In this document: positions 22,632 through 31,821 of the stretch, piece after piece
Layout of the letters: each line of letters opens with the position of its first letter
Numbering within the stretch: the stretch's first letter is position 1
Assembly (NCBI GenBank): GCA_910579615.1
Contig: CAJTUA010000003.1
Location: 97,230 to 129,229 of the forward strand
Source of the DNA: an uncultured Lachnospiraceae bacterium
GTDB taxonomy: Bacteria; Bacillota; Clostridia; Lachnospirales; Lachnospiraceae
Reading direction: 5' to 3'
Length of the DNA: 32,000 nucleotides
Program-made: the position numbers and the translations under genes
Notes under the pieces: model-generated
Told to the model about the DNA's origin: nothing
Database searches by the model: none
The model's input: only the letters and a program-made list of their open reading frames with translations

Positions 22632-24692
22632 CTATTTGATGTCCGTCATTAACTCCATTACCGTATCATACCCCTTCTCCACCGCAATCTGTACGCAGCT
22701 CTCCCCCTTATTGTTCGTGTGGTTGTAATCCGCGCCCTTCTTAATCAGGAAGCGCGCAACCTCCTGGTTGCCGTACTTTAACGCGTGATAAAGGGCAGTA
22801 TTGCCGGCATTGTCCGACATATTGACATCCGCACCTGCGCGCACAAGTTCTTTTACAATGTCCTTGTAGCACATATTCTTTGTGTTCAGAATCAGCGCCG
22901 TGTTGCCGACATTGTCCGTGGCATTGACATCCACGCCCCTTTCAAGGAAAATCGGAAGAAGTTTGCTTGTCATATGAAGATCCAACGACATCAAAAGCAT
23001 GAGCGGGGTCTTTCCGTCATTTCTTGCGCCATCGAGGGTTTTCAGTTCTTTTAGTACCCCGGCTCTATCTTCAAGGTTCAGGTCGCCGCCAAACTTCTTT
23101 TTCATAACAGCAAGATGTGCCGGGAGCTCGCCGTTGACGTTCTGTAAGGAACTGTCGCCGCCGTTTTCCTCCAAAAATTTAACGACATCCCCATGCCCGT
23201 AGATGCACGCGACATGCAGTGGGGTGTCGCCCGCCTCGGCAGGCTGGTCCTGTGTAATGTTTAAATCCACGCCCTTTTCGAGCATAACCTTAAGCATTTC
23301 CGTATGTCCGTTACGCGCTGCCCAATGCACGGCGCTGACTCCCCTGTTGTCAATCTGCTCCATGGACTCCTTCGAAAAGAAAACTGCTGCGCTCTCTACG
23401 TAATCATCCTTTTCATGGGAAAACATAGTTCTTGGCGTGCATTCCGCCACGAAGTTGGCAGGGGTTCTGCCCTCGACAACTGCCATGTCCATGTCCACGC
23501 CGAGTTCCATGAATTTTTTGATGACCTTAATACCAAAATTGCCGGAAAGGCATTTGTCGCGCAGGCAGAATACACTGCCGCCGGAGTGAATCGGCATGGT
23601 AAAATCAATGCCTGCTTCATGGCACAGGTCGAGCAACTGGCATTTCTCGTCCCGGATTAGCGCACTGTACATGATGTTTGCCAAGTACCCCATATCGTCG
23701 TCATCGTCCGGGTCAATTTTGGAGATTAGCTTTTTGGCAAGATAGAGCGCGACACTCATATTGTCCTGTTCTTCATCGGAAAAGCTTGCAAAGGCATTGC
23801 TTGTGATACGGCTCAGGTTTGCCATATCTATGCGGCTTGCCTCGCAGTCTTCGTTCGCCCCGGCATCTTTCAGCGCCATACAAAGGCCTTCGTTGTAGAC
23901 TTTGAGCGCAGCCTGCATCGGGGTCTCTCCGCCGGCATTTGGCGTGTTGATTGTATCCGTGCATTTTGCAAGCAGCATCGCTGCCGTCATGTGGCGGTTG
24001 TGGATTGCCATCAAAAGCGGGGTGTTGCCTTCCGCATCGACAAAATCCGTCTTGGCCCCCTTCTTTAAAAATACCTCCGTCAGTGCCCAGGAAATATTGG
24101 TGTTTCCCCCCTGCAATATGGAGGCAAGAGGCGTTAAGCCGTTTTCGTCCTTTGCGTTGATGCCGTCGCCGAGAAGCTCCGCAATCTGTTCGCGCTGGTC
24201 CATGCTGTAGCGTTGGCATTCATAGCCATTCTGGAAATTTTCAAGGCGCGGGCGCACAAGGTAGTGCCATGCGTTCTGGCCTGCGGCATCGCAGATGGTG
24301 GAGTCTGCACCGTGCGAAAGCAGAAGTTTTACCATATTCAGATTGCCGCGGCAGCAGGCGAGCATAAACGGGGTCAGCCCTTTGCCTCTGCCGTCCGTTA
24401 TATTGACATCAATGCCCAAATCGCTGTTGCCTAAGATTTTGTCCACCGCGTCGAGGAAATTGTGCCATACAAGTAGATGGATTAAGCTTAAGCCCCAGCA
24501 GGAGGATGTGTCGGTGAGCACAGCCTTGTCGCAGGTTTCAAGGCACTCCTGCATCGCGGCAACCTCCTCCGGTTTGAAAAGATTGTAGCGGTACAAATTC
24601 TCATCAAATTTACATGTCCACCACGGGATATATTTGCTGCGGTTGCTGCCGATGGAATCCCCTAATACTTTTTTCAGTTCTTTGATATCCAT
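22632..24692 (-). CDS. large ankyrin-repeat protein (686 aa), no signal peptide
   Basis: Track ORF 22632..24713. ATG 24692 is 7 nt after GGGAGG. It has many ANK units (G.TPL..A...G....V..LL..GAD.N), for example GNTALYHALKYGNQEVARFLIKKGADYN. Confidence 0.9.
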   Translation of the reverse strand: MDIKELKKVLGDSIGSNRSKYIPWWTCKFDENLYRYNLFKPEEVAAMQECLETCDKAVLTDTSSCWGLSLIHLLVWHNFLDAVDKILGNSDLGIDVNITDGRGKGLTPFMLACCRGNLNMVKLLLSHGADSTICDAAGQNAWHYLVRPRLENFQNGYECQRYSMDQREQIAELLGDGINAKDENGLTPLASILQGGNTNISWALTEVFLKKGAKTDFVDAEGNTPLLMAIHNRHMTAAMLLAKCTDTINTPNAGGETPMQAALKVYNEGLCMALKDAGANEDCEASRIDMANLSRITSNAFASFSDEEQDNMSVALYLAKKLISKIDPDDDDDMGYLANIMYSALIRDEKCQLLDLCHEAGIDFTMPIHSGGSVFCLRDKCLSGNFGIKVIKKFMELGVDMDMAVVEGRTPANFVAECTPRTMFSHEKDDYVESAAVFFSKESMEQIDNRGVSAVHWAARNGHTEMLKVMLEKGVDLNITQDQPAEAGDTPLHVACIYGHGDVVKFLEENGGDSSLQNVNGELPAHLAVMKKKFGGDLNLEDRAGVLKELKTLDGARNDGKTPLMLLMSLDLHMTSKLLPIFLERGVDVNATDNVGNTALILNTKNMCYKDIVKELVRAGADVNMSDNAGNTALYHALKYGNQEVARFLIKKGADYNHTNNKGESCVQIAVEKGYDTVMELMTDIK

Positions 24693-24738
24693 GAAAAAAC
24701 CTCCCTTAATCATTGCATTATGATTTCCGTTCTTGCAT

Positions 24739-24764
24739 AAAAGGGGCTGTCGCGCGACAGCCCC
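24739..24764 (-). terminator. intrinsic terminator between the two ankyrin genes
   Basis: Fully palindromic GGGGCTGTCGCGCGACAGCCCC (24743-24764), followed on the - strand by TTTTA. Confidence 0.6.
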
Positions 24765-24804
24765 GGCATTTCATTCCCGGCCATGTTGTGACCGTTTTTG
24801 CTTT

Positions 24805-25779
24805 TTAATTTTCAGCGCCCGCCACAAGAAGCTTTTCGACGATATCGTTGTAGCCTGCTTCCGTTGCGTAGTAAAGTGCTGTATGCTCCGCAAGGTCTGC
24901 GTATGTAACATCCGCGCCCTTTTCAATCAGGGCTTCCACAATGTAGTTGCTGCCGCGCTTCGCCGCGATGATTAACGCAGTCTCACCGTTCTCGTCGCGC
25001 TCATTGATGTTCGCGCCGTGCTCAAGGAGCTTCTTTACAAGGCGCTCGTTCATATTGCCGGCAGCGACATGGAGCGGTGAATAACCGTTGCTGCCGCTGA
25101 TGTTGGTATCTGCGCCCGCCTCCAAAAGAAGCTCGGCAATCAGAAGGTTATCCTGTGCGGCGGCAACATAAAGCGGTGTCTGCTTGCTGTCATTTCGCGC
25201 GTTGATGTCGATGTCACCCTTTGCAAGCATCGCTTTTACGACTTCCCCCTGCTCATTGAAACACGCCTGGTGAAGGGGGGTGTTCCCGTAGGCGTCCGCG
25301 TTTCCCGAGTTTTCTTTTGACATGCTCTCAAGCAGCTGTACAAGGCCGAGCGCATTTGCGTAATCGATTGCGGTGTGGTTCTGGTTGTCCATGACGTTGA
25401 TGTCCGCGCCGAGTTCGATGAGGTATCTTGCCGCCTCCGCCTTTCTTGCTTCCACCGCATAGATCAATGCAGTCCTGCCGCCGCGGTCCGTCGCGTTGAT
25501 ATCCGCGCCCGCGTCAATCAGAAGCTTGATGACTTCTTTGTTTCCGGAACCTACTGCCATATGTAAAGGAGTGACGCTGTCGTTAGAAATCTGGTTGGCA
25601 TCCGCGTCTTTTTCAAGCAGAAGCTTTACAATGTCGCGGTAGCCCTTTTTGCAGGCGTAATGGATTGGTGCAAACCCAAGTTCATCCACCGCGTTGACAT
25701 TGATTCCTTCTTTCTTCAGGAACGACATTACGACCCCTTTTTGTCCGTTCTGGCAGGCCTTAAGTAACAATTTTTCCAT
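24805..25779 (-). CDS. ankyrin-repeat protein (324 aa, about 9 near-consensus repeats), no signal peptide
   Basis: RBS AAGAGG. Regular 33-aa ANK units run throughout (for example GFAPIHYACKKGYRDIVKLLLEKDADAN and GYSPLHVAAGNMNERLVKKLLEHGANIN). Confidence 0.9.
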   Translation of the reverse strand: MEKLLLKACQNGQKGVVMSFLKKEGINVNAVDELGFAPIHYACKKGYRDIVKLLLEKDADANQISNDSVTPLHMAVGSGNKEVIKLLIDAGADINATDRGGRTALIYAVEARKAEAARYLIELGADINVMDNQNHTAIDYANALGLVQLLESMSKENSGNADAYGNTPLHQACFNEQGEVVKAMLAKGDIDINARNDSKQTPLYVAAAQDNLLIAELLLEAGADTNISGSNGYSPLHVAAGNMNERLVKKLLEHGANINERDENGETALIIAAKRGSNYIVEALIEKGADVTYADLAEHTALYYATEAGYNDIVEKLLVAGAEN

Positions 25780-25811
25780 TTTTATACCTCTTTCCCGTTG
25801 ATATAATATCC

Positions 25812-25840
25812 ATTATATATCGTTTTTGCGCCGATGTCGA
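25812..25840 (-). promoter_or_regulatory. candidate promoter of the 324-aa ankyrin gene
   Basis: On the - strand: TCGACA (25840-25835), 17-nt spacer, TATAAT (25817-25812). Confidence 0.45.
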
Positions 25841-25871
25841 GAATCATCTTGATTTTTTCCGGGTAAGTATA

Positions 25872-27020
25872 TTAATTTTCAGGATATGCACGCTCCCCGT
25901 TCATCCATATCTCCTCAATCTGGTAATCCAGGTTGGTAACCAAAAAGTCCGCGCTGCGTCCTTGCTGGAAGGAGCCGTGGAATTTGGAAAGGCGCACGGC
26001 TGCAGCAGCGTTCGTGGTGACGGAAGCGAATGCGTGCAGCGGTGATACGCCGCAGGCAATCAGGTTGTATACACTGTCCGTAAGGTTCATCACGGAGCCC
26101 GCAAGTGTGCCGTCCGTCAGGGTGGCGCAGCCGTCTTTCACTTTGACACTGCGGCCGCCCAATTTATATTTGCCATCCGAAAGACCAGTAGCACTCATGG
26201 AATCGGAGATGGTGACCAGCTTATCCGGGCAGGCAGCAAAAATCATCCGGAGTACGGACGGATGGACATGGATGCCATCGCCAATCAGCTCACCGTATTC
26301 CGCGAAATCGCTCAGCGCCCCGATAAGCCCTGGCTCACGGTGGTGCAGGCTGTTCATCCCGTTGAAAAGATGGGTGATATTGACGGCTCCGGCAAAGAAC
26401 GCTTCCTTCGCCAACGCGTAGTCGCAGGTTGTGTGCGCCAGTGAGAATACAAACTGGCGGCGCAGCTGCCAGATTACATCAAGCGCGCCCGGCAGGGTAG
26501 GGTCAATATCGACAATGCTTAAAAGCCCGCTGCTGATTTGGAATAATTGCTTCAGCAGCTCTGCATCCGGCAAAAGGAGCTTTTCCGGGTCATGTGCGCC
26601 GCTTTTTTCCTTGCCGAGGAACGGACCTTCCAGGCGGGCACCAATGATGCGGGCTTCGCCAGGTGCACCATTTCTCTGCTCTTTGTGTGCCTGGTAAATG
26701 TTTTCCAGGGCGGTGGTCATACAAGGGATGGTTTCGGTCATTATGGTCGGAACAACGGATGTGATGCCTTTGGAGGCATACCAACGCAATGCGCGATGGA
26801 TTTCTTCCGGTTTTGCGTAAGTAAAATCGCAACCGGCGGCACCGTGGGTATGGATGTCCAGAAAACCTGGAATCAGACGTTTTCCGGAACAATCGATATG
26901 TTCTGCATCAGCGGGCAGATCCCCGGTCATAGTTATGACATTGTCATGAACCACAAGGGAGGTTTTGTGAAATCTGTTCTGTTGAAAAACAAGTGCATTT
27001 TCGAAAATTTTCCAGCTCAT
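25872..27020 (-). CDS. nagA: N-acetylglucosamine-6-phosphate deacetylase
   Basis: PGFLDIHTHGAAG metal motif, HLFNGM, and overall NagA architecture. RBS AAAGGAG. It starts 32 nt after the aminotransferase stop. Confidence 0.9.
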   Translation of the reverse strand: MSWKIFENALVFQQNRFHKTSLVVHDNVITMTGDLPADAEHIDCSGKRLIPGFLDIHTHGAAGCDFTYAKPEEIHRALRWYASKGITSVVPTIMTETIPCMTTALENIYQAHKEQRNGAPGEARIIGARLEGPFLGKEKSGAHDPEKLLLPDAELLKQLFQISSGLLSIVDIDPTLPGALDVIWQLRRQFVFSLAHTTCDYALAKEAFFAGAVNITHLFNGMNSLHHREPGLIGALSDFAEYGELIGDGIHVHPSVLRMIFAACPDKLVTISDSMSATGLSDGKYKLGGRSVKVKDGCATLTDGTLAGSVMNLTDSVYNLIACGVSPLHAFASVTTNAAAAVRLSKFHGSFQQGRSADFLVTNLDYQIEEIWMNGERAYPEN

Positions 27021-27052
27021 AGGTGTCTCCTTTACGTTTTTAATTTGTGCTC

Positions 27053-28240
27053 TTATTTGTATTCTTCGGCGAGCTTTTTGAAAAGTGCCAGCGACTTTTC
27101 AATCCGCTCAGTCGGCACACAGTATGAGATGCGGACGTGTCCCGGGCAGCCAAAATCATCGCCGGGAACAAGAAGCAGGTCATATTTTTTTGCACGCTCA
27201 CAAAAAGCGTTTGCGTCCGGCTCCAATGAGCGCGGGAAGATGTAAAAAGCGCCTTCCGGTTTGACGCAGGTAAAGCCAAGGGCAAGCAGGCCGTCATACA
27301 AAAGCATACGGTTTTTCTCGTAGACAGAAATGTCTGCCGTCTGCCCGGCACATTTTGCGGCAACGCGCTGGAACAGGCTCGGTGCATTGACATAGCCGAG
27401 CGAGCGCCCTGCGCCGCAGATGGCGGCATATGCTGTTTTTGCGTCTTCGAGTTCATCCGGAACAAGTACATACCCGATACGCTCCCCCGGAAGGGAGAGG
27501 GATTTGCTGTAAGAATAACAGACAAAGGTATTGCGGTAATACTTGGTGACAAACGGGAGACGGATGCCGTCGTAAACAAGTTCGCGGTATGGTTCGTCGG
27601 AGATTAAAAAGACCGGATGCCCGTTCGCTTCGCTCTTTTCGGTAAGCAGGGCAGCAAGGTGCTTTATTGTCTCTTCGGAGTAAATCGTCCCGGATGGGTT
27701 GTTCGGTGAATTGATGATGACTGCCTTTGTGCGCGGGCCAATCGCTGCTGCAAGCTTGTCAAAATCAATCTGGAATGCGGTGGTATCTGCGTCCACAACA
27801 ACGAGCTTGGCGCCGGCGCCCTTTTCGACAAAGCACCGATACTCCGGGAAAAACGGTGCAATCGCGATAAATTCATCGCCCGGCTCGGCAAGTGCCTTAA
27901 AACAGGCGGAAAGAGCCGCGGCGGCGCCGACGGTCATGTAGAAATTGTCGGCGTGGAAGTGGGTGCCGAAACGTCGGTTCAAATCGGTTGCCATTGCCGC
28001 GCGGACAGCGGCATCCCCCTGGGCGCTCGTGTAGCTGTGGGCGGCTACTGCTCCCTGCGTGTCAAGCACGTCAATCACAGCTTCCCGGACAGAGTCCGGC
28101 GCGGGTACACTTGGGTTTCCGATACTGAAATCGTAGACGTTTTCTTCGCCGACCTCGGCAATTCTTCTTTTCCCGTATTCAAAAATTTCCCGAATCGTGG
28201 AACGGTTCTGACCGAGGTCAATCATAATTTGTGAAAACAT
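27053..28240 (-). CDS. class I/II pyridoxal-phosphate-dependent aminotransferase (Asp/Ala aminotransferase-like)
   Basis: FSIGNPSVPAP, NSPNNPSG and YSYSKSLSLPGERIG (PLP lysine) motifs. RBS GAGGTGAGG. Confidence 0.9.
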   Translation of the reverse strand: MFSQIMIDLGQNRSTIREIFEYGKRRIAEVGEENVYDFSIGNPSVPAPDSVREAVIDVLDTQGAVAAHSYTSAQGDAAVRAAMATDLNRRFGTHFHADNFYMTVGAAAALSACFKALAEPGDEFIAIAPFFPEYRCFVEKGAGAKLVVVDADTTAFQIDFDKLAAAIGPRTKAVIINSPNNPSGTIYSEETIKHLAALLTEKSEANGHPVFLISDEPYRELVYDGIRLPFVTKYYRNTFVCYSYSKSLSLPGERIGYVLVPDELEDAKTAYAAICGAGRSLGYVNAPSLFQRVAAKCAGQTADISVYEKNRMLLYDGLLALGFTCVKPEGAFYIFPRSLEPDANAFCERAKKYDLLLVPGDDFGCPGHVRISYCVPTERIEKSLALFKKLAEEYK

Positions 28241-28323
28241 ATCTTTGCCTCACCTCGTATAAAATGTTTTTTCCGCTTTTGTTCTTTGCACAGGGGCGGT
28301 GATGACCGCCAAATGCTATGTAT

Positions 28324-28352
28324 ATCATAACATAAAACCGAAAAAGCGTCAA
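28324..28352 (-). promoter_or_regulatory. SigA-type promoter of the aminotransferase-nagA operon
   Basis: On the - strand: TTGACG (28352-28347), 17-nt spacer, TATGAT (28329-28324). Confidence 0.5.
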
Positions 28353-28529
28353 CTCTGACAAAAATCGAAAGGAATTCTTAAAGTTTACTGAAAAAAGATG
28401 GTAATTCAAGCTTTGTTCATAAATTCGTGTTAGAATATCAGTAGAAGCAGGATTTTTAAGTTTGCTTTTGTTGACACAGAATTGATTTTGCATAAAGATG
28501 ATAATGTAGAAAGTTAAGGTGAGATAGAA

Positions 28530-29384
28530 ATGGATTTGCCAATGTCGTTTAATGAAGAGGAACTTTGGAGCCGCACACTGCTATTGTATAACGCGGCACT
28601 TCTCGAAATTGGAACAAAACTTGAGATTTTGAATAATGAATTTAAGCAGGCACACCAGTACAACCCGATTGAACATATTACTTCGCGCGTGAAATCGCCG
28701 CAGAGCATCGCGAAAAAAATGCGGCATAACGGCAGGGAGATGACGGTGGAGAATGTCGTAAAGTACATAAACGACATTGCCGGAATCCGCATCATCTGTT
28801 CCTTTACAAGCGACATTTACCGGATTGCCGACCTGATTGCCAAGCAGAGCGACATCACTGTGCTCAAGGTGAAGGATTACATTGTGAATCCGAAGCCGAA
28901 TGGCTACACCTCCTACCATATGATTGTGTCGGTTCCGATTTTCCTCTCGGATGAGGTGATTGACACGAAGGTCGAGATTCAGATACGGACCATTGCGATG
29001 GATTTCTGGGCGAGCCTGGAACATAAGATTTATTACAAGTTCGAAGGCAACGCCCCCGACCATATCACGAGGGAGCTGAAGGAATGCGCCGATTTGGTGT
29101 CCTTCCTTGACCGCAAAATGTTAGCGATTAACGAGGAAGTCCAGAACTGCAAGGAGCCTGGTCAGGAAGAAGGGCGCACGCGCTACCTCACGAACCTGGT
29201 AAAGGACCGGATGAAGGATGCATATGGCACGGTCATGGATGACAAGGCAATTGACGAGGAGGAAGATGAAAACTGGCGTCCGGTCGATGAAGACGGGATG
29301 CTCGAAGTAATCACGGAGCAGGTCATCAAAGAAAAGGAGCGGACGCCAGGTTTCCTCAGCCGGTTTTCATTTAAGAAAGCTTAA
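28530..29384 (+). CDS. small alarmone synthetase (RelQ/RelP-type GTP pyrophosphokinase) with a C-terminal extension of about 70 aa
   Basis: RBS AAGGTGAG. RelA/SpoT synthetase core: NPIEHITSRVKSPQSIAKKM, DIAGIRIICSF, NGYTSYHMIV and EIQIRTIAMDFWASLEHKIYYK. An acidic tail follows the core. Confidence 0.85.
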   Translation: MDLPMSFNEEELWSRTLLLYNAALLEIGTKLEILNNEFKQAHQYNPIEHITSRVKSPQSIAKKMRHNGREMTVENVVKYINDIAGIRIICSFTSDIYRIADLIAKQSDITVLKVKDYIVNPKPNGYTSYHMIVSVPIFLSDEVIDTKVEIQIRTIAMDFWASLEHKIYYKFEGNAPDHITRELKECADLVSFLDRKMLAINEEVQNCKEPGQEEGRTRYLTNLVKDRMKDAYGTVMDDKAIDEEEDENWRPVDEDGMLEVITEQVIKEKERTPGFLSRFSFKKA

Positions 29385-30432
29385 TATTTTTCAGTAATTC
29401 TGCAAGGCCGGTAGTGGCTTCCCCTCCGGTGGAAAATTCCATCGGTGCCCTGCCGGCATCCTCTGTTTCTTCTTTTTCGTTTACGGCCTTCATGCTCAGG
29501 CTGATTTTCCCATCTTTCACATCGCGCACTTTTACATTCACGGTGTCGCCAACCTTAAGCACCTCACTTGGCGATTTGATACGTTTTTCGCTGATTTGGG
29601 AAACGTGCACCAGGCCGGATAAGCCGTCCCCAAGGTCAACAAATGCGCCAAACGGCATAATTTTTTCTACCTTGCCGGAGAGGATGGTTCCAACGGCGAG
29701 CTTCGCGGCTCGGCTGTTTTTCTCCGCAATTGCCTGTTCAATGAGCAGGTCTTTTGCGGAGAGCACTAATTTTTTCTTTTCCTCATCGACGGTGATGACC
29801 TGAACGGAAAGTTCCTTCCCGACATAGGTAGAAAGGTCTTCCACATAGTTGATATCAAGCTTTGAGGCAGGGATGAAGCCGCGGATGCCGTGCAGGTAGG
29901 TGACAACCCCCGCGTTGACAACCTGGGCAACCTTGACCGTTGCCGGGGTGCGTTGTGCCATCATGGTTTTTAAGGTATCCCATGCCAGTACATCATCCGC
30001 CTGTTTGCGGGAGAGCAGGATATTGCCCTCGCGGTCTTCGCGCAGCACCGTGGCGGAGATTTCCTCGCCAATCTGGATGTCCGCCTTGATGGAGAAACGC
30101 GGGTCATTGCTTAATTCCTCCAATTTGATGATGCCTTCCGCATAGCTGTTTAAGTCAACCGTTACCTCCGTGTCGGAGACACCGATGACCGTGCCAGTCA
30201 CGATATCCCCCGCCTTGAGCTTGCGGAAGGAGTGGCTGATTTGGGACTCAAATTCCGACATGGACGGGATGGCCTCCGGCTGTGCGTCCGCGGCGGTATC
30301 TGACTCTGGTGCGGGCGCGCCCTGTGCGGCGGCATTGTCCGCCTCCTGTGCGGGTTCCGTCCCCGGTGTGCTTTGTACAGCCGCACCTTCGGTCTGGGAA
30401 ATGGTTTCTGGTTTTAATTCTTCGTTGTCCAT
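29371..30432 (-). CDS. S1 RNA-binding domain protein (four S1 repeats, ribosomal protein S1-like)
   Basis: Track ORF 29371..30534. ATG 30432 follows GGAAAGGAAG. It has four OB-fold S1 motifs (for example GDIVTGTVIGVSDTEVTVDL and GTILSGKVEKIMPFGAFVDLGDGLSGLVHVSQIS) and a low-complexity A/E/P N-terminus. Confidence 0.85.
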   Translation of the reverse strand: MDNEELKPETISQTEGAAVQSTPGTEPAQEADNAAAQGAPAPESDTAADAQPEAIPSMSEFESQISHSFRKLKAGDIVTGTVIGVSDTEVTVDLNSYAEGIIKLEELSNDPRFSIKADIQIGEEISATVLREDREGNILLSRKQADDVLAWDTLKTMMAQRTPATVKVAQVVNAGVVTYLHGIRGFIPASKLDINYVEDLSTYVGKELSVQVITVDEEKKKLVLSAKDLLIEQAIAEKNSRAAKLAVGTILSGKVEKIMPFGAFVDLGDGLSGLVHVSQISEKRIKSPSEVLKVGDTVNVKVRDVKDGKISLSMKAVNEKEETEDAGRAPMEFSTGGEATTGLAELLKNIKLS

Positions 30433-30636
30433 AGAGTATGACTTCCTTTCCGGCGGCAGCCATGCACGCTTCGTGCGCCGAGGCGCGGACACCGCCCTTT
30501 CCGATAGTATATACGATTTTTTGCGAGACCGCAATAATAATTTGCAGAAACAATTTTGAAAAAATCCTTGTGGTATATGGAAAAAAAGGGTATACTAAAG
30601 GATAATAGAATGAAGGAAAATGAGGAGGCAGAAGCT

Positions 30637-31644
30637 ATGGCATTGATATTGCCGGAGGGTTATGATGCGAGACTGGATGTCAGGACGACACAGGAGGCAA
30701 TCAAGTATATCCGTGACACCTTTCAGAAGGAATTTGGGAAAGAAATGAATCTTGAGCGTATTTCCGCGCCGCTTTTTGTTGAGAAAAGCTCGGGTCTCAA
30801 CGATGACTTAAACGGTGTGGAGCGCAAGGTTGGCTTTGACCTTTTGGATGTGCCGGGCGAGGAGGTTGAAGTGGTACAGTCGCTGGCGAAATGGAAGCGC
30901 ATGGCATTAGAGCGCTATGGGTTTTGTCCGGGTGAAGGGCTTTACACGAACATGAACGCCATCCGCAGGGACGAGGAACTGGATAATCTGCATTCGTGCT
31001 ATGTGGATCAGTGGGATTGGGAAAAGGTTATCACGAAACAGCAGCGCACGATTGATACGCTGCAGTCGGTGGTGCGCCAGATTTTCAAGGTAATCAAGCA
31101 TATGGAACATGAGGTCTGGTACAAATACCCGCAGGCGGTAAAGCACCTGCCGGACGATATTTATTTTATCAGCTCGCAGGAGCTGCTTGACATGTATCCG
31201 GATAAAACACCAAAAGAGCGTGAGAACGCAATCACAAAGGAGCATGGCTGTGTGTTTGTCATGAAGATTGGCGATAAGCTTTCCGACGGGAAGCCGCACG
31301 ACGGGCGCGCGCCGGACTACGATGACTGGGCGCTGAACGGGGATATCCTGTTCTGGTACGAGACGCTTGGCTGCGCACTTGAGGTTTCGAGCATGGGAAT
31401 CCGCGTGGATGAGGTTTCGCTTGCGCAGCAGCTGAAGAAAGCAGGCTGCGAGGAACGAAAGGAGCTTCCGTACCATAAAATGCTTCTTGGCGGGGAACTG
31501 CCATACACCATCGGCGGCGGTATCGGCCAGTCGCGCCTGTGTATGCTGCTGCTTGACCGCGCGCATGTCGGTGAGGTGCAGGCGAGCATCTGGCCGGAGG
31601 AAATGCGCAGTGCCTGCGAGCAGCACGGGATTATATTACTGTAG
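30637..31644 (+). CDS. asnA: aspartate--ammonia ligase (asparagine synthetase A)
   Basis: Track ORF 30556..31644. ATG 30637 is 8 nt after GAGGAGG. Motifs: [51 protein letters not shown] and [14 protein letters not shown]. Confidence 0.9.
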   Translation: MALILPEGYDARLDVRTTQEAIKYIRDTFQKEFGKEMNLERISAPLFVEKSSGLNDDLNGVERKVGFDLLDVPGEEVEVVQSLAKWKRMALERYGFCPGEGLYTNMNAIRRDEELDNLHSCYVDQWDWEKVITKQQRTIDTLQSVVRQIFKVIKHMEHEVWYKYPQAVKHLPDDIYFISSQELLDMYPDKTPKERENAITKEHGCVFVMKIGDKLSDGKPHDGRAPDYDDWALNGDILFWYETLGCALEVSSMGIRVDEVSLAQQLKKAGCEERKELPYHKMLLGGELPYTIGGGIGQSRLCMLLLDRAHVGEVQASIWPEEMRSACEQHGIILL

Positions 31645-31821
31645 TGTCGGATTGTACATAATTGCATATCCGGCAGGAAATGACTTTCGCCCAGTCGCGC
31701 CAGGGAACCGTGTTTTTGTCCGGTGTATGCATAAAACGGGCAGGATGGGCGGATTCCCGGCGGCTGTGGCGGAAGAAAAGGAGTGCATAAAATGGCAAAA
31801 GGGCAAAAAAGGAGTGAAAAC

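Noticed and set aside
22632-25779. Ankyrin genes as eukaryotic contamination or misassembly
   Set aside because: Both genes have bacterial Shine-Dalgarno sites, a SigA-like promoter and an intrinsic terminator. They are continuous with flanking bacterial genes and have similar composition.
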